This document shows positions 1-13,860 of a stretch of 64,000 nt of DNA, piece by piece (within the stretch, counting starts at the first letter, position 1; each line of letters begins with the position of its first letter). A model generated the notes under the pieces. It saw nothing but the letters and a program-made list of their open reading frames with translations, was not told where the DNA came from and made no database searches. This DNA is from Eledone cirrhosa. Taxonomy: Eukaryota. The position numbers and the translations under genes were made by a program. The stretch is from assembly GCA_964016885.1 (NCBI GenBank), contig OZ024749.1, positions 20,646,001 to 20,710,000 on the forward strand. Reading direction: 5' to 3'.

Positions 1-1439
1 GAGCTGTTGACATAGTACAGTGGACTATACCAGACTGTGGTCCCTACTTACAGCTAGGTGGACTGTGACTGTTGACAGTACAGTGGACTATACCATACTG
101 TGTTACCTACTTACAGCTAGCTGGACTGTGACTGTTGACATAGTACAGTGGACTATACCAACTGTGGTACCTACTTACAGCTAGGTAGACTGAGCTGTTG
201 ACATAGTACAGTGGACTATACCATACTGTGGTACCTACTTACAGCTAGGTGGACTGTGACTGTTGACAGTACAGTGGACTATACCATACTGTGGTACCTA
301 CTTACAGCTAGGTGGACTGTGACTTTTGACATAGTACAGTGGACTATACCAACTGTGGTACCTACTTACAGCTAGCTGGACTGAGCTGTTGACATAGTAC
401 AGTGGACTATACCATACTGTGGTACCTACTTAGAGCTAGCTGGACTGTGACTTTTGACAGCACAATGGACTATACCATACTCTGGTACCTACTTACAGCT
501 AGGTGGACTGTGACTGTTGACATAGTACAGTGGACTATACCAACTGTGGTACCTACTTACAGCTAGGTGGACTGAGCTGTTGACATAGTACAGTGGACTA
601 TACCATACTGTGGTACCTACTTACAGCTAGGTGGACTGTGACTGTTGACAGTACAGTGGACTATACCATACTGTGGTACCTACTTACAGCTAGGTGGACT
701 GTGACTGTTGACATAGTACAGTGGACTATACCATACTGTGGTACCTACTTACAGCTAGGTGGACTATACCACACTGTGGTACCTACTTAGAGCTAGGTGG
801 ACTGTGACTGTTGACATAGTACAGTGGACTATACCATACTGTGGTGCCTACTTACAGCTAGGTGGACTGAGCTGTTGACATAGTACAGTGGACTATACCA
901 TACTGTGGTACCTACTTACAGCTAGGTGGACTGTGACTGTTGACAGTACAGTGGACTATACCAGACTGTGGTCCCTACTTACAGCTAGGTGGACTGAGCT
1001 GTTGACAGTACAGTGGACTATACCATACTGTGGTAGCTACTTACAACTAGGTGGACTGAGCTGTTGACATAGTACAGTGGACTATACCAGACTCTGGTAC
1101 CTACTTACAGCTAGGTGGACTATACCACACTGTGGTACCTACTTAGAGCTAGGTGGACTGTGACTGTTGACATAGTACAGTGGACTATACCAGACTGTGG
1201 TCCCTACTTACAGCTAGGTGGTCTGTGACTGTTGACAGTACAGCGGACTATACCATACTGTGGTACCTACTTACAGCTAGGTGGACTGTGACTGTTGACA
1301 GTACAGTGGACTATACCATACTCTGGTACCTACTTACAGCTTGGTGGACTATACCACACTGTGGTACCTACGTACAGCTAGGTGGACTGTGACGGTTGAC
1401 AGTACAGTGGACTATACCATACTGTGGTACCTACTTACA

Positions 1440-1955
1440 GCTAAGTGGACTGTGACTGTTGGCACAGTACAGTGGACTATACCATACTGTGGTACCTACT
1501 TACAGCTAGCTGGACTGTGACAGTTGACAGTACAGTGGACTATACCATACTGTGGTACCTACTTACAGCTAGGTGGACTGTGACTGTTGGCACAGTACAG
1601 TGGACTATACCATACTGTGGTACCTACTTACAGCTAGGTGAACTGTGACTGTTGGCACAGTACAGTGGACTATACCATACTTTGGTACCTACTTACAGCT
1701 AAGTGGACTGTGACTGTTGGCACAGTACAGTGGACTATACCAAACTGTGGTACCTACTTACAGCTAGCTGGACTGTGACAGTTGACAGTACAGTGGACTA
1801 TACCATACTGTGGTACCTACTTACAGCTAGGTGGACTGTGACTGTTGGCACAGTACAGTGGACTATACCATACTGTGGTACCTACTTACAGCTAGGTGAA
1901 CTGTGACTGTTGGCACAGTACAGTGGACTATACCATACTGTGGTACCTACTTACA
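1440..1955. repeat. 258 bp (4-monomer) tandem duplication
   Basis: Markers CTAAGTGG (1441/1699), AGCTAGCTGG..GACAGTTG and GGTGAACT recur at +258; ORF starts at 1445, 1703 and 1961 show the same offset. Confidence 0.9.
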
Positions 1956-2849
1956 GCTAGGTGGACTGTGACTGTTGGCACAGTACAGTGGACTCTACCA
2001 TACTGTGGTACCTACTTACAGCTAGGTGGACTGTGACTGTTGGCACAGTACAGTGGAATATATCATACAGTGGTACCTACTTACAGCTAGGTGGACTTTT
2101 ACAGTTGACAGTACAGTGGACTATACCACACTGTGGTACCTACTTACAGCTAGGTGGAATGCGACTGTTGGCACAGTACAGTGGACTATACCATACTTTG
2201 GTACCTACTTACAGCTAAGTGGACTGCGACTGTTGGCACAGTACAGTGGACTATACCATACTGTGGTACCTACTTCCAGCTAGGTGGACTGCGACTGTTG
2301 GCACAATACAGTGGACTATACCAGACTGTGGAACCTACTTACAGCTAGGTGGACTGTGACTGTTGACACCATACAGTGGACTATACCATACTGTGGTACC
2401 TACTTACAGCTAGGTGGACTGTGAGTGTTGAGAGTACAGTGGACTATACCATACTGTGGTACCTACTTACAGCTAGGTGGAGTGTGACAGTTGACATAGT
2501 ACAGTGGACTATACCATACTGTGCTACCTACTTACAGCTAGGTGGACTGTGACTGTTGACATAGTACAGTGGACTATACCATACTGTGGTACCTACTTAC
2601 AGCTAGGTGAACTGTGACTGTTGACAGTACAGTGGACTATACCATACTGTGGTACCTACTTACAGCTAGGTGGACTCTGACTGTTGACATAGTACAGTGG
2701 ACTATACCATACTGCTGTACCTACTTATAGCTAGGTGGACTGTGACTGTTGACATAGTACAGTGGACTATACCAACTGTGGTACCTACTTACAGCTAGGT
2801 AGACTGAGCTGTTGACATAGTACAGTGGACTATACTATACTGTGGTACC

Positions 2850-5800
2850 TACTTACAGCTAGGTGGACTGTGACTGTTGACAGTACAGTGGACTATACCA
2901 TACTGTGGTACCTACTTACAGCTAGGTGGACTGTGACTGTTGACATAGTACAGTGGACTATACCAACTGTGGTACCTACTTACAGCTAGCTGGACTGAGC
3001 TGTTGGCATAGTACAGTGGACTATACCATACTGTGGTACCTACTTACAGCTAGCTGGACTGTGACTGTTGACAGTACAATGGACTATACCATACTCTGGT
3101 ACCTACTTACAGCTAGGTGGACTGTGACTGTTGACATAGTACAGTGGACTATACCAACGGTGGTACCTACTTACAGCTAGGTGGACTGAGCTGTTGACAT
3201 AGTACAGTGGACTATACCATACTGTGGTACCTACTTACAGCTAGGTGGACTGTGACTGTTGACAGTACAGTGGACTATACCATACTGTGGTACCTACTTA
3301 CAGCTAGGTGGACTGTGACTGTTGACATAGTACAGTGGACTATACCATACTGTGGTACCTACTTACAGCTAGGTGGACAATACCACACTGTGGTACCTAC
3401 TTAGAGCTAGGTGGACTGTGACTGTTGACATAGTACAGTGGACTATACCAGACTGTGGTGCCTACTTACAGCTAGGTGGACTGTGACTGTTGACAGTACA
3501 GTGGACTATACCAGACTGTGGTCCCTACTTACAGCTAGGTGGACTGAGCTGTTGACAGTACAGTGGACTATACCATACTGTGTTACCTACTTAAAGCTAG
3601 CTGGACTGAGCTGTTGACATAGTACAGTGGACTATACCATACTGTGGTACCTACTTACAGCTAGGTGGACTGTGACTGTTGACAGTACAGTGGACTATAC
3701 CAGACTGTGGTCCCTACTTACAGCTAGGTGGACTGAGCTGTTGACAGTACAGTGGACTATACCATACTGTGGTAGCTACTTACAGCTAGGTGGACTGAGC
3801 TGTTGACATAGTACAGTGGACTATACCAGACTGTGGTACCTACTTACAGCTAGGTGGACTGTGACTGTTGGCACAGTACAGTGGACTGTACCAGACTGTG
3901 GTACCTACTTACAGCTAGGTGGACTGAGCTGTTGACATAGTACAGTGGACTATACCAGACTGTGGTCCCTACTTACAGGTAGGTGGACTGTGACTGTTGA
4001 CAGTACAGTGGACTATACAATACTGTGGTACCTACTAACAGCTAGGTGGACTGTGACTGTTGACAGTACAGTGGACTATACCATACTCTGGTACCTGCTT
4101 ACAGCTTGGTGGACTATACCACACTGTGGTACCTACTTACAGCTAGGTGGACTGTGATGGTTGACAGTACAGTGGACTATACCATACTGTGTTACCTACT
4201 TACAGCTAAGTGGACTATGACTGTTGGCACAGTACAGTGGACTATACCATACTGTGGTACCTACTTACAGCTAGCTGGAGTTTGACTGTTGACAGTACAG
4301 TGGACTATACCATACTGTGGTACCTACTTACAGCTAGGTGAACTGTGACTGTTGGCACAGTACAGTGGACTATACCATACTGTGGTACCTACTTACAGCT
4401 TGGTGGACTGTGACTGTTGGCACAGTACAGTGGACTATACTATACTGTGGTACCTACTTACAGCTAGGTGGACTGTGACTGTTGGCACAGTACAGTAGAA
4501 TATATCATACAGTGGTACCTACTTACAGCTAGGTGGACTGTGACAGTTGACAGTACAGTGGACTATACCATACTGTGGTACCTACTTACAGCTAGGTGGA
4601 ATGCGACTGTTGGCACAGTACAGTGGACTATACCATACTTTGGTACCTACTTACAGCTAGGTGGACTGCGACTGTTGGCACAGTACAGTGGACTATACCA
4701 TACTGTGGTACCTACTTACAGCTAGGTGGACTGCGACTGTTGGAACAGTACAGTGGACTATACCAGACTGTGGTACCTACTTACAGCTAGGTGGACTGTA
4801 ACTGTTGACACCGTACAGTGGACTATACCATACTGTGGTACCTACTTACAGCTAGGTGGACTGTGAGTGTTGAGAGTACAGTGGACTATACCATACTGTG
4901 GTACCTACTTACAGCTAGGTGGACTGTTACTGTTGGCACAGTACAGTGGACTATACCATACTGTGGTACCTACTTACAGCTAGGTGGACTGTGACTGTTG
5001 GCACAGTACAGTGGACTATACCACACTGTGGTGCCTACTTCCAGCTAGGTGGACTGTGACTGTTGGCACAGCACAGTGGACTATACCACACTGTGGTCCC
5101 TACTTACAGCTAGGTGGACTGTGACTGTTGACACAGTACAGTGGACTATACCAGACTGTGGTGCCTACTTACAGCTAGGTGGACTTTGACTGTTGACAGT
5201 ACAGTGGACTGTGACTGTTGACAGTACAGTGGACTATACCATACTGTGGTACCTACTTACAGCCAGGTGGACTGTGACTGTTGGCACAGTACAGTGGACT
5301 ATACCATACTGTGGTACCTACTTACAGCTATGTGAACTGTGACTGTTGGCACAGTACAGTGGACTATACCATACTGTGGTACCTACTTACAGCTAGGTGG
5401 ACTGTGACTGTTGGCACAGTACAGTGGACTATACCATACTGTGGTACCTACTTACAGCTAGGTGGACTCTGACTGTTGGCACAGTACAGTGGACTATACC
5501 ATACTGTGGTACCTACTTACAGCTAGGTGGACTGAGCTGTTGACATAGTACAGTGGACTATACCATACTGTGGTACCTACTGACAGCTAGGTGGACTGAG
5601 ATGTTGACATAGTACAGTGGACTATACCATACTGTGGTACCTACTTACAGCTAGGTGGACTGTGACTGTTGACAGTACAGTGGACTATACCATACTGTGG
5701 TGCCTACTTACAGCTAGGTGGACTGTGACTGTTGACATAGTAGAGTGGACTATACCATACTGTGGTTCCTACTTACAGCTAGGTGGACTGTGACTGTTGA

Positions 5801-8800
5801 CAGTACAGTGGACTATACCATACTGTGGTACCTACTTACAGCTAGGTGGACTGTGACTGTTGACAGTACAGTGGACTATACCATACTGTGGTACCTACTT
5901 ACAGCTAGGTGGACTGTGACTGTTGACAGTACAGTGGACTATACCATACTGTGGTACCTACTTACAGCTAGGTGGACTGTGACTGTTGACAGTACAGTGG
6001 ACTATACCATACTGTGGTACCTACTTACAGCTAGGTGGACTGTGACTGTTGACGTAGTACAGTGGACTATACCATACTGTGGTGCCTACTTACAGCTAGG
6101 TGGACTGTGACTGTTGACAGTACAGTGGACTATACCATACTGTGGTACCTACTTACAGCTAGGTGGACTGTGACTGTTGACATAGTACAGTGGACTATAC
6201 CAACTGTGGTACCTACTTACAGCTAGCTGGACTGAGCTGTTGGCATAGTACAGTGGACTATACCATACTGTGGTACCTACTTACAGCTAGCTGGACTGTG
6301 ACTGTTGACAGTACAATGGACTATACCATACTCTGGTACCTACTTACAGCTAGGTGGACTGTGACTGTTGACATAGTACAGTGGACTATACCAACGGTGG
6401 TACCTACTTACAGCTAGGTGGACTGAGCTGTTGACATAGTACAGTGGACTATACCATACTGTGGTACCTACTTACAGCTAGGTGGACTGTGACTGTTGAC
6501 AGTACAGTGGACTATACCATACTGTGGTACCTACTTACAGCTAGGTGGACTGGGACTGTTGACATAGTACAGTGGACTATACCATACTGTGGTACCTACT
6601 TACAGCTAGGTGGACAATACCACACTGTGGTACCTACTTAGAGCTAGGTGGACTGTGACTGTTGACATAGTACAGTGGACTATACCAGACTGTGGTGCCT
6701 ACTTACAGCTAGGTGGACTGTGACTGTTGACAGTACAGTGGACTATACCAGACTGTGGTCCCTACTTACAGCTAGGTGGACTGAGCTGTTGACAGTACAG
6801 TGGACTATACCATACTGTGTTACCTACTTAAAGCTAGCTGGACTGAGCTGTTGACATAGTACAGTGGACTATACCATACTGTGGTACCTACTTACAGCTA
6901 GGTGGACTGTGACTGTTGACAGTACAGTGGACTATACCAGACTGTGGTCCCTACTTACAGCTAGGTGGACTGAGCTGTTGACAGTACAGTGGACTATACC
7001 ATACTGTGGTAGCTACTTACAGCTAGGTGGACTGAGCTGTTGACATAGTACAGTGGACTATACCAGACTGTGGTACCTACTTACAGCTAGGTGGACTGTG
7101 ACTGTTGGCACAGTACAGTGGACTGTACCAGACTGTGGTACCTACTTACAGCTAGGTGGACTGAGCTGTTGACATAGTACAGGGGACTATACCAGACTGT
7201 GGTCCCTACTTACAGGTAGGTGGACTGTGACTGTTGACAGTACAGTGGACTATACAATACTGTGGTACCTACTAACAGCTAGGTGGACTGTGACTGTTGA
7301 CAGTACAGTGGACTATACCATACTCTGGTACCTGCTTACAGCTTGGTGGACTATACCACACTGTGGTACCTACTTACAGCTAGGGGGACTGTGATGGTTG
7401 ACAGTACAGTGGACTATACCATACTGTGTTACCTACTTACAGCTAAGTGGACTGTGACTGTTGGCACAGTACAGTGGACTATACCATACTGTGGTACCTA
7501 CTTACAGCTAGCTGGAGTGTGACTGTTGACAGTACAGTGGACTATACCATACTGTGGTACCTACTTACAGCTAGGTGAACTGTGACTGTTGGCACAGTAC
7601 AGTGGACTATACCATAGTGTGGTACCTACTTACAGCTTGGTGGACTGTGACTGTTGGCACAGTACAGTGGACTATACTATACTGTGGTACCTACTTACAG
7701 CTAGGTGGACTGTGACTGTTGGCACAGTACAGTAGAATATATCATACAGTGGTACCTACTTACAGCTAGGTGGACTGTGACAGTTGACAGTACAGTGGAC
7801 TATACCATACTGTGGTACCTACTTACAGCTAGTTGGAATGCGACTGTTGGCACAGTACAGTGGACTATACCATACTTTGGTACCTACTTACAGCTAGGTG
7901 GACTGCGACTGTTGGCACAGTACAGTGGACTATACCATACTGTGGTACCTACTTACAGCTAGGTGGACTGCGACTGTTGGAACAGTACAATGGACTATAC
8001 CAGACTGTGGTACCTACTTACAGCTAGGTGGACTGTAACTGTTGACACCGTACAGTGGACTATACCATACTGTGGTACCTACTTACAGCTAGGTGGACTG
8101 TGAGTGTTGAGAGTACAGTGGACTATACCATACTGTGGTACCTACTTACAGCTAGGTGGACTGTGACTGTTGGCACAGTACAGTGGACTATACCATACTG
8201 TGGTACCTACTTACAGCTAGGTGGACTGTGACTGTTGGCACAGTACAGTGGACTATACCACACTGTGGTGCCTACTTCCAGCTAGGTGGACTGTGACTGT
8301 TGGCACAGCACAGTGGACTATACCACACTGTGGTCCCTACTTACAGCTAGGTGGACTGTGACTGTTGACACAGTACAGTGGACTATACCAGACTGTGGTG
8401 CCTACTTACAGCTAGGTGGACTGTGACTGTTGACAGTACAGTGGACTGTGACTGTTGACAGTACAGTGGACTATACCATACTGTGGTACCTACTTACAGC
8501 CAGGTGGACTGTGACTGTTGGCACAGTACAGTGGACTATACCATACTGTGGTACCTACTTACAGCTAGGTGAACTGTGACTGTTGGCACAGTACAGTGGA
8601 CTATACCATACTGTGGTACCTACTTACAGCTAGGTGGACTGTGACTGTTGGCACAGTACAGTGGACTATACCATACTGTGGTACCTACTTACAGCTAGGT
8701 GGACTCTGACTGTTGGCACAGTACAGTGGACTATACCATACTGTGGTACCTACTTACAGCTAGGTGGACTGAGCTGTTGACATAGTACAGTGGACTATAC

Positions 8801-9400
8801 CATACTGTGGTACGTACTTACAGCTAGGTGGACTTAGCTGTTGGCACAGTACAGTGGACTATACCATACTGTGGTACCTACTGACAGCTAGGTGGACTGA
8901 GATGTTGACATAGTACAGTGGACTATACCATACTGTGGTACCTACTTACAGCTAGGTGGACTGTGACTGTTGACAGTACAGTGGACTATACCATACTGTG
9001 GTGCCTACTTACAGCTAGGTGGACTGTGACTATTGACATAGTAGAGTGGACTATACCATACTGTGGTTCCTACTTACAGCTAGGTGGACTGTGACTGTTG
9101 ACAGTACAGTGGACTATACCGTACTGTGGTACCTACTTACAGCTAGGTGGACTGTGACTGATGACAGTACAGTGGACTATACCATACTGTGGTACCTACT
9201 TACAGCTAGGTGGACTGTGACTGTTGACAGTACAGTGGACTATACCATACTGTGGTACCTACTTACAGCTAGGTGGACTGTGACTGTTGACAGTACAGTG
9301 GACTATACCATACTGTGGTACCTACTTACAGCTAGGTGGACTGTGACTGTTGACGTAGTACAGTGGACTATACCATACTGTGGTGCCTACTTACAGCTAG
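2850..9400. repeat. About 3.24 kb higher-order tandem duplication (approx. 2850-6086 and 6087-9400)
   Basis: Near-identical ORF translations at constant offset 3237 (2953/6190, 3207/6444, 4468/7705). The BB junction also recurs at 5179/8416. The offset becomes 3301 distally (5745/9046). Confidence 0.9.
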
Positions 9401-12400
9401 GTGGACTGTGACTCTTGACAGTACAGTGGACTATACCATACTGTGGTGCCTACTTACAGCTAGGTGGACTATGACTATTGACATAGTACAGTGGACTATA
9501 CGATATTGTGGTACCTACTTACAGCTAGGTGGAGTGTGACTGTTGACAGTACAGTGGACTATACCAGACTGTGGTACCTACTTACAGCTAGGTGGACTGT
9601 GACTGTTGGCACAGTACAGTGGACTATACCATACTGTGGTGCCTACTTACAGCTAGGTGGACTGTGACTGTTGACAGTACAGTGGACTATACCATACTGT
9701 GGTACCTACTTACAGGTAGGTGGACTGTGACTGTTGACATAGTACAGTGGACTATACCATACTGTGGTACCTATTTACAGCTAGGTGGACTGTGGTGCCT
9801 ACTTACAGCTAGGTGGACTATGACTGTTGACATAGTACAGTGGACTATACGATACTGTGGTACCTACTTACAGCTAGGTGGACTGACACTGTTGACATAG
9901 TACAGTGGACTATACCAACTGTGGTACCTACTTACAGCTAGGTAGACTGAGCTGTTGACATAGTACAGTGGACTAAACCATACTGTGGTACCTACTTACA
10001 TCTAGGTGGACTGTGACTGTTGACAGTACAGTGGACTATACCATACTGTGGTACCTACTTACAGCTAGGTGGACTGTGACTCTTGACACAGTACAGTGGA
10101 CTATACCATACTGTGGTGGTGCCTACTTACATCTAGGTGGACTGTGACTGTTGGCACAGTACAGTGGACTATACCATACTGTGGTATCTACTTACAGCTA
10201 GGTGGACTGTGACTGTTGACAGTACAGTGGACTATACCATACTGTGGTACCTACTTACAGCTAGGTGGACTGGGACTGTTGACATAGTACAGTGGACTAT
10301 ACCATACTGTGGTACCTACTTACAGCTAGGTGGACAATACCACACTGTGGTACCTACTTAGAGCTAGGTGGACTGTGACTGTTGACATAGTACAGTGGAC
10401 TATACCAGACTGTGGTGCCTACTTACAGCTAGGTGGACTGTGACTGTTGACAGTACAGTGGACTATACCAGACTGTGGTCCCTACTTACAGCTAGGTGGA
10501 CTGAGCTGTTGACAGTACAGTGGACTATACCATACTGTGTTACCTACTTAAAGCTAGCTGGACTGAGCTGTTGACATAGTACAGTGGACTATACCATACT
10601 GTGGTACCTACTTACAGCTAGGTGGACTGTGACTGTTGACAGTACAGTGGACTATACCAGACTGTGGTCCCTACTTACAGCTAGGTGGACTGAGCTGTTG
10701 ACAGTACAGTGGACTATACCATACTGTGGTAGCTACTTACAGCTAGGTGGACTGAGCTGTTGACATAGTACAGTGGACTATACCAGACTGTGGTACCTAC
10801 TTACAGCTAGGTGGACTGTGACTGTTGGCACAGTACAGTGGACTGTACCAGACTGTGGTACCTACTTACAGCTAGGTGGACTGAGCTGTTGACATAGTAC
10901 AGTGGACTATACCAGACTGTGGTCCCTACTTACAGGTAGGTGGACTGTGACTGTTGACAGTACAGTGGACTATACAATACTGTGGTACCTACTAACAGCT
11001 AGGTGGACTGTGACTGTTGACAGTACAGTGGACTATACCATAATCTGGTACCTGCTTACAGCTTGGTGGACTATACCACACTGTGGTACCTACTTACAGC
11101 TAGGGGGACTGTGATGGTTGACAGTACAGTGGACTATACCATACTGTGTTACCTACTTACAGCTAAGTGGACTGTGACTGTTGGCACAGTACAGTGGACT
11201 ATACCATACTGTGGTACCTACTTACAGCTAGCTGGAGTGTGACTGTTGACAGTACAGTGGACTATACCATACTGTGGTACCTACTTACAGCTAGGTGAAC
11301 TGTGACTGTTGGCACAGTACAGTGGACTATACCATAGTGTGGTACCTACTTACAGCTTGGTGGACTGTGACTGTTGGCACAGTACAGTGGACTATACTAT
11401 ACTGTGGTACCTACTTACAGCTAGGTGGACTGTGACTGTTGGCACAGTACAGTAGAATATATCATACAGTTGTACCTACTTACAGCTAGGTGGACTGTGA
11501 CAGTTGACAGTACAGTGGACTATACCATACTGTGGTACCTACTTACAGCTAGGTGGAATGCGACTGTTGGCACAGTACAGTGGACTATACCATACTTTGG
11601 TACCTACTTACAGCTAGGTGGACTGCGACTGTTGGCACAGTACAGTGGACTATACCATACTGTGGTACCTACTTACAGCTAGGTGGACTGCGACTGTTGG
11701 AACAGTACAATGGACTATACCAGACTGTGGTACCTACTTACAGCTAGGTGGACTGTAACTGTTGACACCGTACAGTGGACTATACCATACTGTGGTACCT
11801 ACTTACAGCTAGGTGGACTGTGAGTGTTGAGAGTACAGTGGACTATACCATACTGTGGTACCTACTTACAGCTAGGTGGACTGTGACTGTTGGCACAGTA
11901 CAGTGGACTATACCATACTGTGGTACCTACTTACAGCTAGGTGGACTGTGACTGTTGGCACAGTACAGTGGACTATACCACACTGTGGTGCCTACTTCCA
12001 GCTAGGTGGACTGTGACTGTTGGCACAGCACAGTGGACTATACCACACTGTGGTCCCTACTTACAGCTAGGTGGACTGTGACTGTTGACACAGTACAGTG
12101 GACTATACCAGACTGTGGTGCCTACTTACAGCTAGGTGGACTGTGACTGTTGACAGTACAGTGGACTGTGACTGTTGACAGTACAGTGGACTATACCATA
12201 CTGTGGTACCTACTTACAGCCAGGTGGACTGTGACTGTTGGCACAGTACAGTGGACTATACCATACTGTGGTACCTACTTACAGCTAGGTGAACTGTGAC
12301 TGTTGGCACAGTACAGTGGACTATACCATACTGTGGTACCTACTTACAGCTAGGTGGACTGTGACTGTTGGCACAGTACAGTGGACTATACCATACTGTG

Positions 12401-13860
12401 GTACCTACTTACAGCTAGGTGGACTCTGACTGTTGGCACAGTACAGTGGACTATACCATACTGTGGTACCTACTTACAGCTAGGTGGACTGAGCTGTTGA
12501 CATAGTACAGTGGACTATACCATACTGTGGTACGTACTTACAGCTAGGTGGACTTAGCTGTTGGCACAGTACAGTGGACTATACCATACTGTGGTACCTA
12601 CTGACAGCTAGGTGGACTGAGATGTTGACATAGTACAGTGGACTATACCATACTGTGGTACCTACTTACAGCTAGGTGGACTGTGACTATTGACATAGTA
12701 GAGTGGACTATACCATACTGTGGTTCCTACTTACAGCTAGGTGGACTGTGACTGTTGACAGTACAGTGGACTATACCGTACTGTGGTACCTACTTACAGC
12801 TAGGTGGACTGTGACTGTTGACAGTACAGTGGACTATACCATACTGTGGTACCTACTTACAGCTAGGTGGACTGTGACTGTTGACAGTACAGTGGACTAT
12901 ACCATACTGTGGTACCTACTTACAGCTAGGTGGACTGTGACTGTTGACAGTACAGTGGACTATACCATACTGTGGTACCTACTTACAGCTAGGTGGACTG
13001 TGACTGTTGACGTAGTACAGTGGACTATACCATACTGTGGTGCCTACTTACAGCTAGGTGGACTGTGACTCTTGACAGTACAGTGGACTATACCATACTG
13101 TGGTGCCTACTTACAGCTAGGTGGACTATGACTATTGACATAGTACAGTGGACTATACGATATTGTGGTACCTACTTACAGCTAGGTGGAGTGTGACTGT
13201 TGACAGTACAGTGGACTATACCAGACTGTGGTACCTACTTACAGCTAGGTGGACTGTGACTGTTGGCACAGTACAGTGGACTATACCATACTGTGGTGCC
13301 TACTTACAGCTAGGTGGACTGTGACTGTTGACAGTACAGTGGACTATACCATACTGTGGTACCTACTTACAGGTAGGTGGACTGTGACTGTTGACATAGT
13401 ACAGTGGACTATACCATACTGTGGTACCTATTTACAGCTAGGTGGACTGTGGTGCCTACTTACAGCTAGGTGGACTATGACTGTTGACATAGTACAGTGG
13501 ACTATACGATACTGTGGTACCTACTTACAGCTAGGTGGACTGACACTGTTGACATAGTACAGTGGACTATACCAACTGTGGTACCTACTTACAGCTAGGT
13601 AGACTGAGCTGTTGACATAGTACAGTGGACTAATCCATACTGTGGTACCTACTTACATCTAGGTGGACTGTGACTGTTGACAGTACAGTGGACTATACCA
13701 TACTGTGGTACCTACTTACAGCTAGGTGGACTGTGACTCTTGACACAGTACAGTGGACTATACCATACTGTGGTGGTGCCTACTTACATCTAGGTGGACT
13801 GTGACTGTTGGCACAGTACAGTGGACTATACCATACTGTGGTATCTACTTACAGCTAGGT
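6480..13860. repeat. About 3.7 kb higher-order tandem duplication (approx. 6480-10200 and 10200-13860), overlapping the previous one
   Basis: Private variant TGGGACTG at 6551 and 10271 (+3720); ORFs 7705/11425 (+3720), and 9046/12703 and 9592/13249 (+3657, one 63-mer lost). Confidence 0.88.

Noticed and set aside
2812-2841. Sigma70-like promoter TTGACA-N16/18-CATACT in most monomers (TTGACA-N18-TATACT here)
   Set aside because: It is a property of one amplified monomer with no downstream gene or any bacterial context.
5590-5610. Hammerhead ribozyme as in newt or schistosome satellites (CTGAGA variant)
   Set aside because: I see no CTGANGA plus GAAA catalytic core in the consensus on either strand.
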